NCBI RefSeq assembly: GCF_009914755.1 | Contig: NC_060931.1 | DNA length: 64,000 nt | Reading direction: 5' to 3' (one strand) | Source: the human T2T-CHM13v2.0 reference genome, Homo sapiens | Part shown: piece after piece, positions 25,607-39,324 of the stretch | How positions within the stretch are numbered: the stretch's first letter is position 1 | Layout: every line of letters begins with the position of its first letter | Position numbers and translations under genes: made by a program | The notes under the pieces: model-generated | Databases searched by the model: none | What the model was told of the DNA's origin: nothing | Seen by the model: the letters and a program-made list of their open reading frames with translations, nothing else

Positions 25607-28600
25607 TACAATGGTTCTTGGCCATATGTTGCTTAATGGATACCACCAGAGACCATTGTAACATAAAGAACACTGATGATAGGAAACAAATTAATAGAAT
25701 CATGAAAGGAATGATTTCCGCAAATTTGTCTCAGGATATGCTTACCCAGATTATAAATAAAATTTATGTAATCAAAATTCCACAGGTGTATCAGAAAGTC
25801 ACAAACAAAGAGAAAAAGGACCTATGATTTGACTACACATGTTCACAATGCATTATTTGATAAATACAACTAAATATTTCTCATTTTTCACTTAAAAAAC
25901 ACAGCATAAATTTAAAAACCATAGAAATTATTTTAGTGCAAAATATTTGAGTATTATAATTAAAATCAGTTTATATTTTGTTTTGAAACAAGTAGTCAAA
26001 TTTTAATCTACATTTAATCTCCAAATCAAACCTGAGATAAAATATAATTTTTTATATCTATGTTTACAAATGAGGCTTTAAATAAACAAAGCATTTTGCA
26101 GCACCTATTGGAGAAAAGTCAGTTACTTTTCTATATGTTTATTATTAAAAATAAAAGTAAAAGGAAACATATATAATAAAAGTCTTTCCCAAAACCGAAA
26201 ATTTTGCTTGCAAATTATTTCTTTTCACTTCTTTATTATATAGCATATATAAAAGTTGGATTTTCTTTTAATTTCTAAAAAAATTTTATAAAATATCTTT
26301 GTAGTGTTACAGGACTTCTAAAAATAATTTGAAATTACCTGAAAACAAATAATAGAAATTATTTAATTTAATTTAATTTAAAGGAATTTTTTGCAAATGC
26401 ATTGACATGCTAATGCAATAAGATTTTACAAACCACATAAACAATTAAAGTTTTCCTTCTCTGTCAATTCAAATTTTAAAAGGCCAACCATTTACCTCTC
26501 AAGATTATATTTGCTTAAGAATTCTGGACAGTTGTCCACGTTAGACAATTGTTCCTCTTCAGAGTCCAGTACTATCTGCAGGAGATATCTGTTGTTTTAT
26601 TTTGTTTTGGTTGGCAAAACAACTGGAAGGCACTATTGCCATTTATTTAGTTGGGCCAGGGTTTGTCTATGTCTGAGGATGTTAGATATTTTCTCATGAG
26701 AAAGAAAGTCTTTCTGAACAAAGATTTTTCCAGATGTCATTTGACTTTCTAAGTTCTCACCAGATAACAGATGGCATAATAGTGAAAGGTGTGTGTACTT
26801 GAGTGGAGCCAAGTCGGATCTCACTCACACATTCTCATACCTACACAAAGTAGTTTTGGCCTGGTTTTAATTACATTTAGCCCTGTAAATGTACTACCAT
26901 GTATCTAGAAGAAGCATTGTGTGTTTTCTTTCATTTGAAACTTTACCAGGAATTCTTTACTATGCCAACCATGTCAGAAAATCATGTTGCTGAGTGCAAT
27001 GCTGTTTTAGCCATTAAAATCATCACAGGTACACACTTGGATCAATTCACATTCACTTTTATATTTGTAGTGCATCTCTTTATAGGTGTACCTCTGTCTA
27101 ATTCATTGTGTCTTCTAACATAATCATGACCAAGCATTTATCTCACGCTTCTTCAATTCATCATCACAGTAATGAGGGCAGTGTGTATAAATTACGTGCA
27201 TAAGTAGGGTCTATTATCTTGAAATTTTATTCCACTTTTAAAAAACGAATATTATAAAACATTTGTGATAGGAGAGGGCATTGGGCGCAATCAGGGCTCA
27301 AAACCATTGTTCTCAATACACCGTCCTGAGCCTCTCTGGGAATAGACTCCAGTCCCATACAGACCTCAGAATATCCCAGAATTCCCAGTAGACTTCCAGC
27401 TTGAGGATTTCATTGAAGCTACATCTTTTATACAAGGAATTACAAATGGAATGCTTAGAGGGCCAGGCAGGTACTAAATAAACGAACTCAGTCAACTGTA
27501 AAAACAGTAAGGAATGGAGCGGCTTATGGCAAATTTAGTAATGTATATTCTAGCTAAGGAAAGCAAGACCCAGTTGGTCTCAGCAAATACTGCCTTGGCG
27601 AAATGAGAATCCAGTATTACTGTCACTTAGTTTTCAAGTAACGCAGAATATGTAAATAAAGTGGTACAATTTCCTAAATTTTAATACATTGTGTGTGACA
27701 AACAAACAAACCTTATTATAGACTATCCATGGGGTGTCACACCGCAGTCTCTAAGTTTTTAATGGAAGAAAATAATATCTGAACATAGAACCCTAAAGTG
27801 TGAGATATGCCCCTGAATTTTGTTTTCAGGTAGCTTTTACTTAGAGTTAAAACAAAATGTTCATTGCACAGATGTGAAAAAGAATAATACTGCATTATCA
27901 GTTATATTATAATGGTTTACACATTTTACCTATTGACAAACCCATGGCAAAACAAGATGTTTTGTAGGTTTTAGTGTATTGTGATCTTAAAACTCTTTTT
28001 CAATTTGTATCCATTAATTTTACCTCTGATCACTATAGTTTTAAAAAGCAATTGACTCATATATATTGGGTACATAATGAGTACCCAAAACAGCTTTTTT
28101 TCTTATCAGTCAAATTAAGGGACTTTATACGATTTTCTTTGTATAATTTGAATGTGTACATATTATACATTTGAACTATTGTTAACACAGAAAGTTACTT
28201 AAAGCAATGTGAAAAAGTCTTAATGTAAAAAAAGAGGATATACGTTTTCAACTCCTTTGTTCATTTTTCCACTTTCTTTCTAGAAATTGTTTCTGTCCAT
28301 TTTAATTTTCTCTGAGTTGAGTGGGAAAAGGATGTAGGAGACAGTTACCTCCAACTGCAAATAGCAATCAAAGATTAGTAAATGTTTTCAGCAGTTCCAA
28401 GTTTCATTGAATCTGTCTTGAGAGGTATGTGGCCAAATAAAATATGCATTTCTGGAAAGGCAGTAAGAGACATCTTGGTGTTTTAAATTAATGAATTGAA
28501 AACCAACTCAGAAAAGACCTAAAAATTACAATGTAGAAGAGGTAAAAAGGAATTGCCATATATGAGAAGAATCACAGACCCTGCTTAGCACAAAGATGTT

Positions 28601-29003
28601 AGGGAAGAACAGTCTTTATAAAAATAGAAGAAAAGCTAATACAAATCTCACAAGTGCATTTTAATGGTTCTATTTGCAATGGCACACACTAACAGGGACA
28701 TCACCATTGTTTCTCCAAGTTTCCTGTATCTTCAGCAGTTGTGAACAAATCATTAGTAATTCTGAAACTTCTGTTTTTGCTTTAGAGGTCATTCCCATTC
28801 CTCAATTAAAAACAAAGCAAAAAAAAAAAAATCCAATAACATTACCCAAGAACCAAAGAATCTTAAAATATAATTTCTTAAGAGTCATCTATAGAAATGA
28901 TGTGAAATAAGGTAAGAAGAACCTGTTTGTAAAATAACAAGGTTATGTGCCCCAAATCAAATGAAATATATATATTTTATTATGTGATCATGGTTCACTG
29001 CAG

Positions 29004-29109
29004 TATATATATATATATGTGTGTGTGTGTCTACGTATATATGTGTGTATATACATATATACATAAATACACACACACACACACACACACAGATATATAT
29101 ATATATATA
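29004..29109. repeat. Compound (TA)n(TG)n...(CA)n(TA)n microsatellite
   Basis: Read directly from the sequence. Confidence 0.9.
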
Positions 29110-29684
29110 AACACATTTAAGAGAAGTCAAAGGCAGCCTGTCAACTTCTTTTAACTTCCTCAGACCTTGGCCTATCTTGACTTCTTTACTTCAAATTCAA
29201 ACGTTAAAGAAGCCAAGTGGTACTTGCATGTATATTCTTTCTAGAGGGATTGAAAGAATAGTTTAGAAATTGATTTTGGAAATCCTATACCATAGTCCAT
29301 TCACAGCAGATCTGAGAATATGCTATTTTTAAGAGGCATAGCCAGTTTGAGGAAAACTCAGCTAAATGCTTAGATGAAACTACCCTGTGCCAGGGATGCC
29401 CCCTGGTGGGACTGAATGTCTAATGATCACTAATGATTATTTTTTTCTTATCTCAGAAATATATTTACTAACTACAATCTTATTGATTCTAGATTTTTAT
29501 TGTCCCTAAAGATAAAAATGTATTTTTAGATAAAACAATATCTGTCTTCTGAAAAAATATTAGACAAGATAAAATACTTCAGGGTACATTGGTGAGAAAA
29601 TTAGAAAAATGACATCTCTGTTATACAAATGAAAACGAGCCCTTGAATGCTGTTTTGATGGCCTGTAACAAACCTCTTCTGCAG

Positions 29685-29757
29685 AAATCTGCAAAATGGT
29701 TTCGCAGTTGGAAATTCACAGCAATAGAAAAGATGCTCTGGATTGCTATATTCGCAG
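29685..29757 (+). other. Candidate exon (73 nt)
   Basis: Acceptor cctcttctgcAG|, branch-like tgtaac about 20 nt upstream, donor CAG|GTAAGA, two retained CpGs. Confidence 0.45.
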
Positions 29758-30015
29758 GTAAGATGGCTCTTTTTAGACAAAAAAAAATAAAAAATGCTAT
29801 TGCCATCAACAGAATGAGACTATTTTGATCACTGAGTATATGCTGGGTACTCTAATAGAATTGCAAGTAAGTCCCAGAAGAAAAAAAGAAACAACGATGA
29901 AAATGGGTTGGTTGAGTAGAAGTAGTCTTAGCAGAGGCTTGAGTATATGATGACAAGTAGTCTTTTCAACCATACTGAAAACCATTCTTTTGCTGATGGT
30001 GTTTTGAGAATTAAA

Positions 30016-30056
30016 ATATGTGTGTGTATATATATATATATACACACACACACACA
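30016..30056. repeat. (TG)n(TA)n(CA)n microsatellite
   Basis: Read directly from the sequence. Confidence 0.9.
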
Positions 30057-31256
30057 AAGTAAGATTGATTATGTTTATGAACTTACTTAAAGTTGCCACT
30101 ACATTAAATTCAATATAGATATAAAATTTAGGTCACATAGTTTTTACAAATCATATTATTGCTTATACTTTCCAAAGTAGGTAAATGTGACAAAAATGAT
30201 GTTTTCCAAAAGTATCGACATAAAAATTAATTAAACTTCTATTTAAAAGGTTTTATTTTATAAATGCTGGTGCATTCAGCATATATTTGGAAAGGCTGCA
30301 TTTCACTACTATTAAAACCAATAGATTATGTCTAAAACAATATCAACACAGCTATGCATAATGTGTACCCTTAAAATTTCTGTCTCCTTCCTTAATAATA
30401 AAAGTGTTATTGATATAGCAAACGCTACATCGATTTTCTAAAAATAAACACTGTTTTATTACACATAAAACTTCTAGAAGAGTTAAATCTTGGCTTGAAA
30501 TGAAACTTCAAATATCAACAGGAAAAAGCATAAAGCCAAATGTTTTCTTAGTTGCAAACCAAATTAAAATATTTTAATTTGGATTTACCATAAATTATGC
30601 AAGATCTGTAGAACAAAGGTAACTGAGGAAGCTTTTTTAAAGAAAACTCCAGACATTTGGAAAATTAGAGATACTCAATAAACCCAAAATATGGCAAGGC
30701 TCATCCATCCCTAAAAGTAATTAATAGATAGTTTTAATCCTTTTATTTGATTTAATATCCTATTGAGGTTAATCCATATTTCTCCTTTCCCTTAAAAAAT
30801 TCGCAAAAATCCTCATGACTGCAAATGAAACATATACCATTGTGCTTTTTCTTTCTTATCTCTCTCATCATTGACAGAGGCAGCCTTAGATTCCATTTCC
30901 CAGGGTATCCCGTTGTTGGTCTAGTGAGCCTTATACTACTGTCAGTTCGCTCAGTCTAGCAGAACACTGATTTTTAAATGGGGAACCTGGAAGAAAATAA
31001 TTCAATATTCTATTAGACAATGAATACTGATAGTCAAAGAGGTAGGAGAGGGTCCTTCACTCCATGTTAATGTATATTCATGAAGGAAGGGCTTTTTATG
31101 TTCTTACTAGAATGTATGCCTGTGGGTATATTTAAGGTGTGATTCAGCAGGGGAATCCTGTATTTATGGGAAGAAGGGAGAAGAGGTGAAACAATCAAAG
31201 GAGGAAATCAAAGGAGGATAAATGACATACAGAAAAACTGCTACGTGGCATTCGAG

Positions 31257-31581
31257 TTTGTTTTTATTGTTGTTTTTGTTTTGTTTTATTTTGAGACAGA
31301 GTCTCCCTTTGCCTCCCAGGCTTGAGTGCAGTGGCGTGATCGTGGTTCTCTGCAGCTTTGACTGACTCAAGCCGTCCTCCCACCTCAGCCTCCAAAGTAG
31401 CTGTAACTACAGATGCATACCACCACAGCCAGCTAAATTTCCTTTGAATTTTTTTGCAGAGACAGGGTCTCACTTTGTTGCCCAGTCTGAGCTCAAACTC
31501 CTGGACTCAAGCAATCCTTCTGCTTTGGCCTCTGGCCTCCCAAAGTGCTGGGATTACAGGCATGAGCCACAGTGCCTTGCC
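31257..31581 (-). mobile_element. AluJ
   Basis: Diverged reverse Alu dimer with a (TTTTG)n tail. Confidence 0.92.
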
Positions 31582-32104
31582 TTGTTGTTGTTTTTAATCG
31601 TAAAACTCTTGGTAAGATCAATAAGAGTCTGTCCTCAATAGTTCACCTAGTATTTGTTTGAAGCTCAGCACAATTCCATGAACACTAACTCCCCAAATCA
31701 GGTAAGTTAGATCAGAAGAACAATTTTTCGTACCATATGCTTTAAACATTTTTTTGAATTTTAAAGTAATAATGTAGTTTGCAGCTATTCCTTGGAGCCT
31801 TCACACGATTTTGACTCAGATCCAAAAAATGCAAAACAAAAGTAATCAGGAAAAATTTATCAAAGAATAAGGCAGTCTATGATTTAGAAAAGGAATGGAA
31901 TGGACTGAATTTTTAAGTCTCAAATATTTAGGTGATATATATATAAATGTAAATGGCAAGTGTGGATGATATGATAAGCAAGAAATGAGCTAAAGTTATG
32001 CTATATAAAGTACCTATAAAATTTAACTTAAAAAGCCAAGATATTTTATAACAAAATAAATAACATATGCCTGCAATATTTTCCCGGAATTCAACTCTTC
32101 TCTC

Positions 32105-32411
32105 TTTTTTTTTTTTTTTCTTTTTGAGATGGAGTGATGGAGTCTCGCTCTGTCACCAGGCTGGAGTGCAGTGGTATAATCTTGGCTCACTGCAACCTCT
32201 GACTCCCTGGTTCAAGCGATTCTCCTGCCTCAGCCTCCTGAGTAGCTGGGATTACAGGCACACGCCACCACGCCCAGCTAATTTTTCTATTTTTAGTAGA
32301 GACAGGGTTTCATCATGTTGGCCAGGATGGTCTTGATCTCCTGACCTCGTGATCTGCCCGCCTCGGACTCTGAAAGTGCTGGGTTTACATGCATGAGCCA
32401 CCGCACCAAGC
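32105..32411 (-). mobile_element. AluSc-like
   Basis: 'gttggccaggatggtcttgatctcctgacctcgtgatc' plus a small tandem duplication gatggagt. Confidence 0.92.
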
Positions 32412-33019
32412 TGTCTTCTCTTTTTTAACTCTTGAAAAATTGATGACCTCATAGGGTGGGGAAGGATATAGATGAGGCTACTCTCTGGCTGCCTATTGAT
32501 CAGACTTCCAGACACATATACCTGCTGCAATCCTTCTATTTTTGGTGGAAAAGTGTGAAAAAACAAAAGTTGAACCACCACACAACCCTCTGGTATCTTT
32601 CATGTTTATTTATGGGAATTGGTCTATCAAAGTGTAAGACATTTAAATTATGTTTATAAATTGGTTTAACTTTAAACTGTTTGAAATGGTGAATACCTGC
32701 AAGCAATCAGTCATCCGGATCTACTTGTCATCACCTATTATTTCTATGAATAAGTTCAATGATAATAAGTAAGAGTGTTTCTAAATTTAACATATAAAAG
32801 TCACATTAAATGACAAAGGATTGAAACACACTATAAGATAGAGCATCACTTAATTACTTTAGACTTTGTTTTCTTATTTTGTAAAATTATAGTGTTGGGT
32901 TACAAAATATAAAGTCATTCCCAGACTCATGAGAATATGTTAATATCATGGTCAAGTCCTCTTGTCTAACACACATTGTTTAACAACCATCGAAATCCTA
33001 CATAGAGATAGCCAAAGTC

Positions 33020-33180
33020 TATGTAGTGGTTACAGCAAGGATTTGTCAACCTAGGTTCAACAGACAAGGTTGCAATCTTATATTGACTGTAGACTTTGGA
33101 GAAATTATTCAATCTTTTAAAGTCTCAGTTCTTTATCTATAAAACTGGGAAAATAATAGCACCTACCACCAGGACTGATA
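33020..33180 (+). mobile_element. MIR fragment
   Basis: 'gtctcagttctttatctataaaactgggaaaataatagcacctacc'. Confidence 0.65.
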
Positions 33181-33518
33181 TTCAGGTGGCACAAACCTGT
33201 ACAGTGCTATGAATTCTTAATGGCCAAAATCATTTCTGGTAAATTAGTGCCTATAATATGCCTGTTGCTAAGTATTTTGAATATTAACCCTTAGAATAAT
33301 GTTGACATTTCTTGATCAATATATGTTCTTAACAACCTATAGTAACAATAGCTGTAGCAGTATGGACATAGTGACTCCACTCTTTTACATGTCAGAAGGA
33401 GTGAACAAAATTTATTTCTGGGCTTTCCTCATCAATTTCAGCTCTGAATATAAGCCTAGCATCCTTTACGTTGAACAATGAATAGAATATGGCAAATAGG
33501 AATTATAAAAATTGATTT

Positions 33519-33833
<315 letters not shown>

Positions 33834-34404
33834 TTAATATATTCCTTTAAAGAATTAAAGACTTATTTTATACTGGATTATGGCCAAAGGAGCCACGTTT
33901 CTTGCAGGAATCCTAAAATATTATTATTCATTGTTTCTTACTCTAATAAGACCTGCAGAATTATAGACACAACTTCCTTCTCTACAGGAAAATTAGCTGA
34001 CATCAAAGAATGGTGTTAAAGGATTAGCACAAGTGAAGGCTCTTTCCATATACAAAATAAATTTAACTAAAAATAAACTTTGATATTTTGTTAAAAACCA
34101 ATGCTTAAAAGCTTTTAAATTACAAGAAACACAAAACTTCTTACCAAGAAAAATACAAATATTCAGAAATAGTTATTTATCTATACAAATGCCTGGAATC
34201 TAGCCTCAGATCATACTGAGAGTTTTCTGCTTAACAGTTGGGTGTGACCAGGAAAACACAAGCTATTTACAACAAAAAGTTGTGACAGTGCAGGTCTTGA
34301 TTGGCATGACAAAACTGAAGAGGCAACATCATTAAACAAAATTAGCAGGGACTCATGTTATACAGACTTTAACCCATTATTACATATGCACATCAGTGGG
34401 TAGA

Positions 34405-34781
34405 TGACATGATTTGGATTTGTGTCCCTGCCCAAATCTCATGTTGAATTATAATCCCCAGTTTTGGAGGAGGGGCCTTGTGGGAGGTGATTGAATCATG
34501 GGGCAGATTCCTTCTTGCTGTTCTCTTAATAGTGAGTGAGTTCTCGTGAGATCTGGCTGTTTAAAAGTGAGTGGCACCTCCTCCTTCACTCCCTTGCTCC
34601 TTCTCCAGCCATGTAAGATGTGCCTGCTTCCCCTTGTCTTCCACCATAATTGAAAGTTTCCTGACGCCTCCCAGCCATGCTTCCTGTACAGCCTGTGGAA
34701 CCACGAGTCAATTAAATCTTTTCTTATAAATTGCCCAGTTTCAGGTATTTCTTTATAGCAGTGCGAGAACAGACTAATACA
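34405..34781 (+). mobile_element. MSTA MaLR solo LTR
   Basis: TG...CA ends and a perfect 5-bp TSD GTAGA. Confidence 0.92.
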
Positions 34782-35929
34782 GTAGATATCACTTCAAATC
34801 TCCCTTTTCAATTTAATACTTTCTTCTCATTTCAGATATCTTGGAATTTGCTAATGGACTACTTCCAAATGCTGTTCTCCAACTAACGCAGGTTCTTATC
34901 ACAAAATGAGCTCATTTGCACGTGTTTAATGCTCTGCAAGGAGTACAGTAACTGTGTCAGTAGTGCTTTTGCTTATCAAATTTACATTTCAAAGTGGCTA
35001 AATTGTTTTGAAAGTGTATCCCAATGTGGAGTCTTTTGCAGTCACTGCTTGATGTTTAAAATGCCTGATAGCTACAGAAAAAAGGGAGAGAGGGAGAGAG
35101 AGAGTGTGTGGAGGGGGAGACACAGAAATATGTATTTCTTGGCATTTGTTCAAGAACAAAGGAAGAATAAAATTGCTTCCAAATAGAGCAAATATACAGG
35201 TGGCTATTTCTATAGATACATTTGGCTTATATCACTATATTTAGTATAAAATTGAATTGAGTGTTAGTGATTGAAGGAATTTTAGGTAGATTCTACTTCA
35301 TCCTCCTCATTTTATAAATGCAAAATTCAAAATCCAGAGAGCTATGACATGGGTTTAATCATATAGTTTTGGGGTAAGATGTGGCTCGATTTGATCCCTG
35401 ACTCTGGCTCTTAAGCTATGGGAATACTAAGCATCAGCTTCCTCATCTGCTAAAGATTTGATAAAACAATTTTTAAAATTAATTGAATAAACTATGAAAG
35501 AAATTCCAGTGGGAAAGACCTGAGTCCACTTATTTATGGCTGGAATGCTGACTGATATAGTACCTGACAGCAGAGTTTCACTGCAACTTCCTAAAAGGTA
35601 GGAAATAGCTCAAGTTTTGTGATTCCAAATTATCCCTCTGATTTTTATTTCGACAAATTGCTATGGGGAACTGTCATTCTGATTATACTTCTGAACCAGT
35701 GTCTTAGAGCAGCTTTATGACTGACACACATGCCAGTTTTGAGAGAGTATTAGGATTAATGAAATGAAATAAAGAAAATGTCTGTTTACTGCTAATATGA
35801 GTTTCTTAAGAAGTTCTGTTAAAAGACCTCATTTCCTCTATTATGATCTATTATATTAGAATAAATACATTCTCTTGGGTTCAATAAAACATTTGTTTAT
35901 TTCTAATTATATCTATAAGAACAAAGTTA

Positions 35930-37190
35930 AAAATATAGATTGGATTCAATAGCTGGTTTAATATCTATATTCCGAAACTGTCAATCAGTAGATTGATTTC
36001 AATATGGAAAAATGTCTCTAGAGACACCTCCTGCTCTCCACACCAATCAAAGACACGGAAAATGCCATGGGATGCATGGTATATAGTTTTAGGAGACAAC
36101 ATTGAAAGAAATAGCTAATATGTGTAAATTACAACTATGTTTCTCATAATATTAAAAGAAAGGCTAAAATTTAGGAACATAATTTAGTGAAAATACAGAA
36201 AACCTTTTTAATTTCAGTTACAGAAAAAAATACTAGTTTTATAAATATCCTTTGTTTTAGACTTAGTTTAGCAGTAGTTTCTGTTAAACATATTGTAGTT
36301 ATTTTAGTTGGCCACAAGTTCAAAATAAGTGTATAAAATGATTGACAAAAACTAAACTTTTAATATTTTGGATGGCTTTGTTCTGAGCTTGTCTGATAAT
36401 AGCATTTTCATTTCTCAGTGGCACATTTTGAGAGGAAGCATTCTATATGGAAAAACATCTAGGGAGTAAAGGAAATACATTGAGACATGATTGAAAGTGC
36501 TGCTGTGGTCTAAGTGTTTGTGTCCTCCCCAAAGTTTGTGTGTTAAAATCCTGATTCCCCAGGATAATAATGTTGTGAGGTGGGGCCTTCAGGAGATAAT
36601 TAAGTCATGAGGGCAGAGGCCTCATGAATGGGATTGATGTCCTTTTAAAAAAGGCCCAAAAGAAACCCCTTGCCCTTTCTGCTATGTGAGGACAGAGCAA
36701 AAAGACTGCAGTCTTTGAACTAGGAAGAGGGCCCTCAACAGAGCTCAACCATGCTGCATCCTAATCACAGACTTGTAGCCTCCAAAAGAGTGAGAAATAA
36801 ATTTCTGTTGTTTATAAGCCACTCTGTCTATGCTAATTCTTTAGCAACCCAAACAGACTAAGACAAGTGCTTTGTATTATCAAAACATACAGAGTCAAAC
36901 TATACAAATTGATTAACTAAAATGTAGATTTGAAGGACAGTCTATAGGGCGACAAAGGAAAGCTGCTCTGTTTTGTGTCAATGAGCCAGGACCAATGGGC
37001 AAAGTTACAGAGTCCAATTTCAGCTTAGTGCAGTAAAAACAGCAGTTACAGCTGCCCAACAATATACCAGTTCCACTCTCAGAATAGCAACTGAATGATC
37101 ACAGAGCATGGAAGAAGGAATCTGTGATCTGGAAAAGAAGTCAGACTCGAGTGCTGGAAGTTCTATGCCTTCTGGGAACTAGATCTATTA
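35930..37190 (+). mobile_element. L3/CR1-like ancient LINE fragments, interrupted by MLT1A0
   Basis: 'ggaccaatgggcaaagttacagagtccaatttcagctt...cagttacagctgcccaacaat' resembles the L3 3' region. Confidence 0.45.
36501..36865 (+). mobile_element. MLT1A0 MaLR solo LTR
   Basis: TG...CA ends and a perfect 5-bp TSD AGTGC. Confidence 0.9.
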
Positions 37191-37608
37191 GAGTAAAATA
37201 TCAGATCTGTACTCAATTATAACTATATTCTTGAACTTCAAGGTGAGACTTGAGATATATGTATATGTGTCTATTATTTTTTTCACCAAGTTAGACAATA
37301 TTTTGTATTTAACCTTGCCACGTGTCTAGTATTTTTCTAGACCTATTACTTTTATATTTCTTCTCTGTACAGTATAATTTGTTCACTTTATCTTAAGTTT
37401 TAGAGTTTTTTACTGCCGCATTCAATTTATATATTTCATAACCACCAAATATAAAACTGCTTCACTTTTGACAACAAATTCATACCTATTCAGCTTAATT
37501 TTAAAAAATAAAATTAAACCCCTAAAGCTAGGATTTTACTTTGTAGAACTCTTATAAATCACAATTTTTTCCTTTTTTGTAGGATAACAGTTGATATATT
37601 TGTCAAGC

Positions 37609-37899
37609 TTTTTTTGTTGAGAATGAGTCTTGCTCTGTCGCCCAGGTTGGAGTGCAGTGACGCAATCTCGGCTCACTGCAAGCTCTGCCTCCTGGGTTCA
37701 CACCATTCTCCTGCCTCAGCCTCCTGAGTAGCTGGGACTACAGGCACCTGCCACCACGCCCAGCTAATTTTTTGTATTTTTAGTAGAGACGGGGTTTCAC
37801 TGTGTTGGCCAGGATGGTCTGAATCTCCTGACCTCGTTATCCACCCTCCTCAGCCTCCCAAAGTGCTGGGATTACATGCGTGAGCCACCGCGCCCGGCC
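37609..37899 (-). mobile_element. AluY/Sc8-like
   Basis: Perfect 13-bp TSD TATATTTGTCAAG at 37595-37607 and 37900-37912. Confidence 0.94.
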
Positions 37900-38492
37900 T
37901 ATATTTGTCAAGTTTTACAATCTCATCAAAGGCATATTTACTTTTAAGCTTTTAAGAACGTTCTATATGGTTAAGATTAACATAACTCTACTTATAATAT
38001 TTGTGGGGAAAATAATTATAAAACAATTTTATAAAATTGCTGAAAAGAGAATGTGTTTTTCATTCAACAGAAACATGCAGTGAATTTGACTCACAATTCC
38101 TGCCTCTCCTCAATTAAAAACCTCTTCTTACATTTCCAGCCTACAAAGCTTCTCCTCCTTTACTTGTCGTTAATTATACCAGCATTTTCTCCTAGACTCT
38201 ATTAATTGGTAGGTTCTAGGCTAGTAAAAGACCTCTGTCTATCCATTCACTTACTGTAACAGAGAGCTGACACAGAAAATTCAGATTAACATTCTAGTAA
38301 AAATGTTATTTAAACCAATACTTAAATTATTTTTTGGACAAAATTATCTACATAATTTTATTAATCCTATACTTCACAGAGCCAAGCAAAGTTATTGAAT
38401 TGATTGGGAATGCATAGCTAAAAACAAAATGGAATTTGATTACCTATGAACCTCATTTAAAAAATAATAGCAGTGTTAACCCTATTTTGACT

Positions 38493-39324
38493 TTTACATG
38501 CTGAATATTTGTGTTCTCCCAAAATTTATGTTGACTGTAACCCCCAACGTGATGGTATTTGCAGGTGGGGTCTTTAGGAGGTAACTAGGTTGAGATGAGT
38601 TCCTGAAGGTGGAACCCCCATGATGGGATTAGCGTCATCTCAGTGTGCTGTCACTAAGAAAAGGCCATGTGAGGAGGTAACTGTCTGCAAGCCAGAAGCA
38701 GGGTCCTGACTAAGAGCCAAATCTGCCTGCACACTGATCATAGACTTCCCAGCCTCCAGAACCAAGAGAAATAAATGTCTGTTGTGTAAGCCAAGATAAG
38801 CGTTCTTTAGTTGGAAAGATTTTAGTCAGGCTTCTGAAACTTCTCCTAGGCCCATATATGCCCTTCCTTATAAAATCCAGTTTTAGCAAAAGAACCTGGC
38901 TAAATCAGTTTAGCCAGGACTCCCCATCCTCGATATCTGATTATCTTCAATATCTGATCAGATTCCTCCTCCTCTACCATCCCCCAGCTGATGTCTGATC
39001 ATTGTGGCTTGTCTTTAGTAAAAATCCTGTTAACTTAATTTAGCCAGAACACCCCTGACCTCTGACATTTCCTCTTAGTAATTTTCCATCCACTGACTCT
39101 CACACTGCTCCTTGGCTAAAATTCCCACTTGTTCATACAGTATGCAGAGTTCAATCTCTCTCCTCAGCTTCAAGACTCTGTTGCAGTATTCCTTATAACT
39201 ATCACAATGGTCCTGAATACAGTCTTCCTTACCATGCTTTAACAATTGTCATTGAATAAGTTTTTTCTATAACAACCATCCAGTCTATGATATTTCGTTT
39301 TAGCAGCCTGAGCTGACTAGGACA
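38493..39324 (+). mobile_element. MLT1A-like MaLR LTR split by MER31
   Basis: MLT1 body runs to 'ctgttgtgtaagcca' and resumes at 'tccagtctatgatattt...gactaggaca'. Confidence 0.82.
38794..39274 (+). mobile_element. MER31-family ERV1 solo LTR
   Basis: 'tttagtcaggcttctgaaacttctcctaggccc...ttttttctataaca'. 4-bp TSD GCCA/ACCA. Confidence 0.85.

Noticed and set aside
26520-27760. Possible MER20-like and other hAT relics
   Set aside because: Too diverged to assign from memory; needs RepeatMasker.
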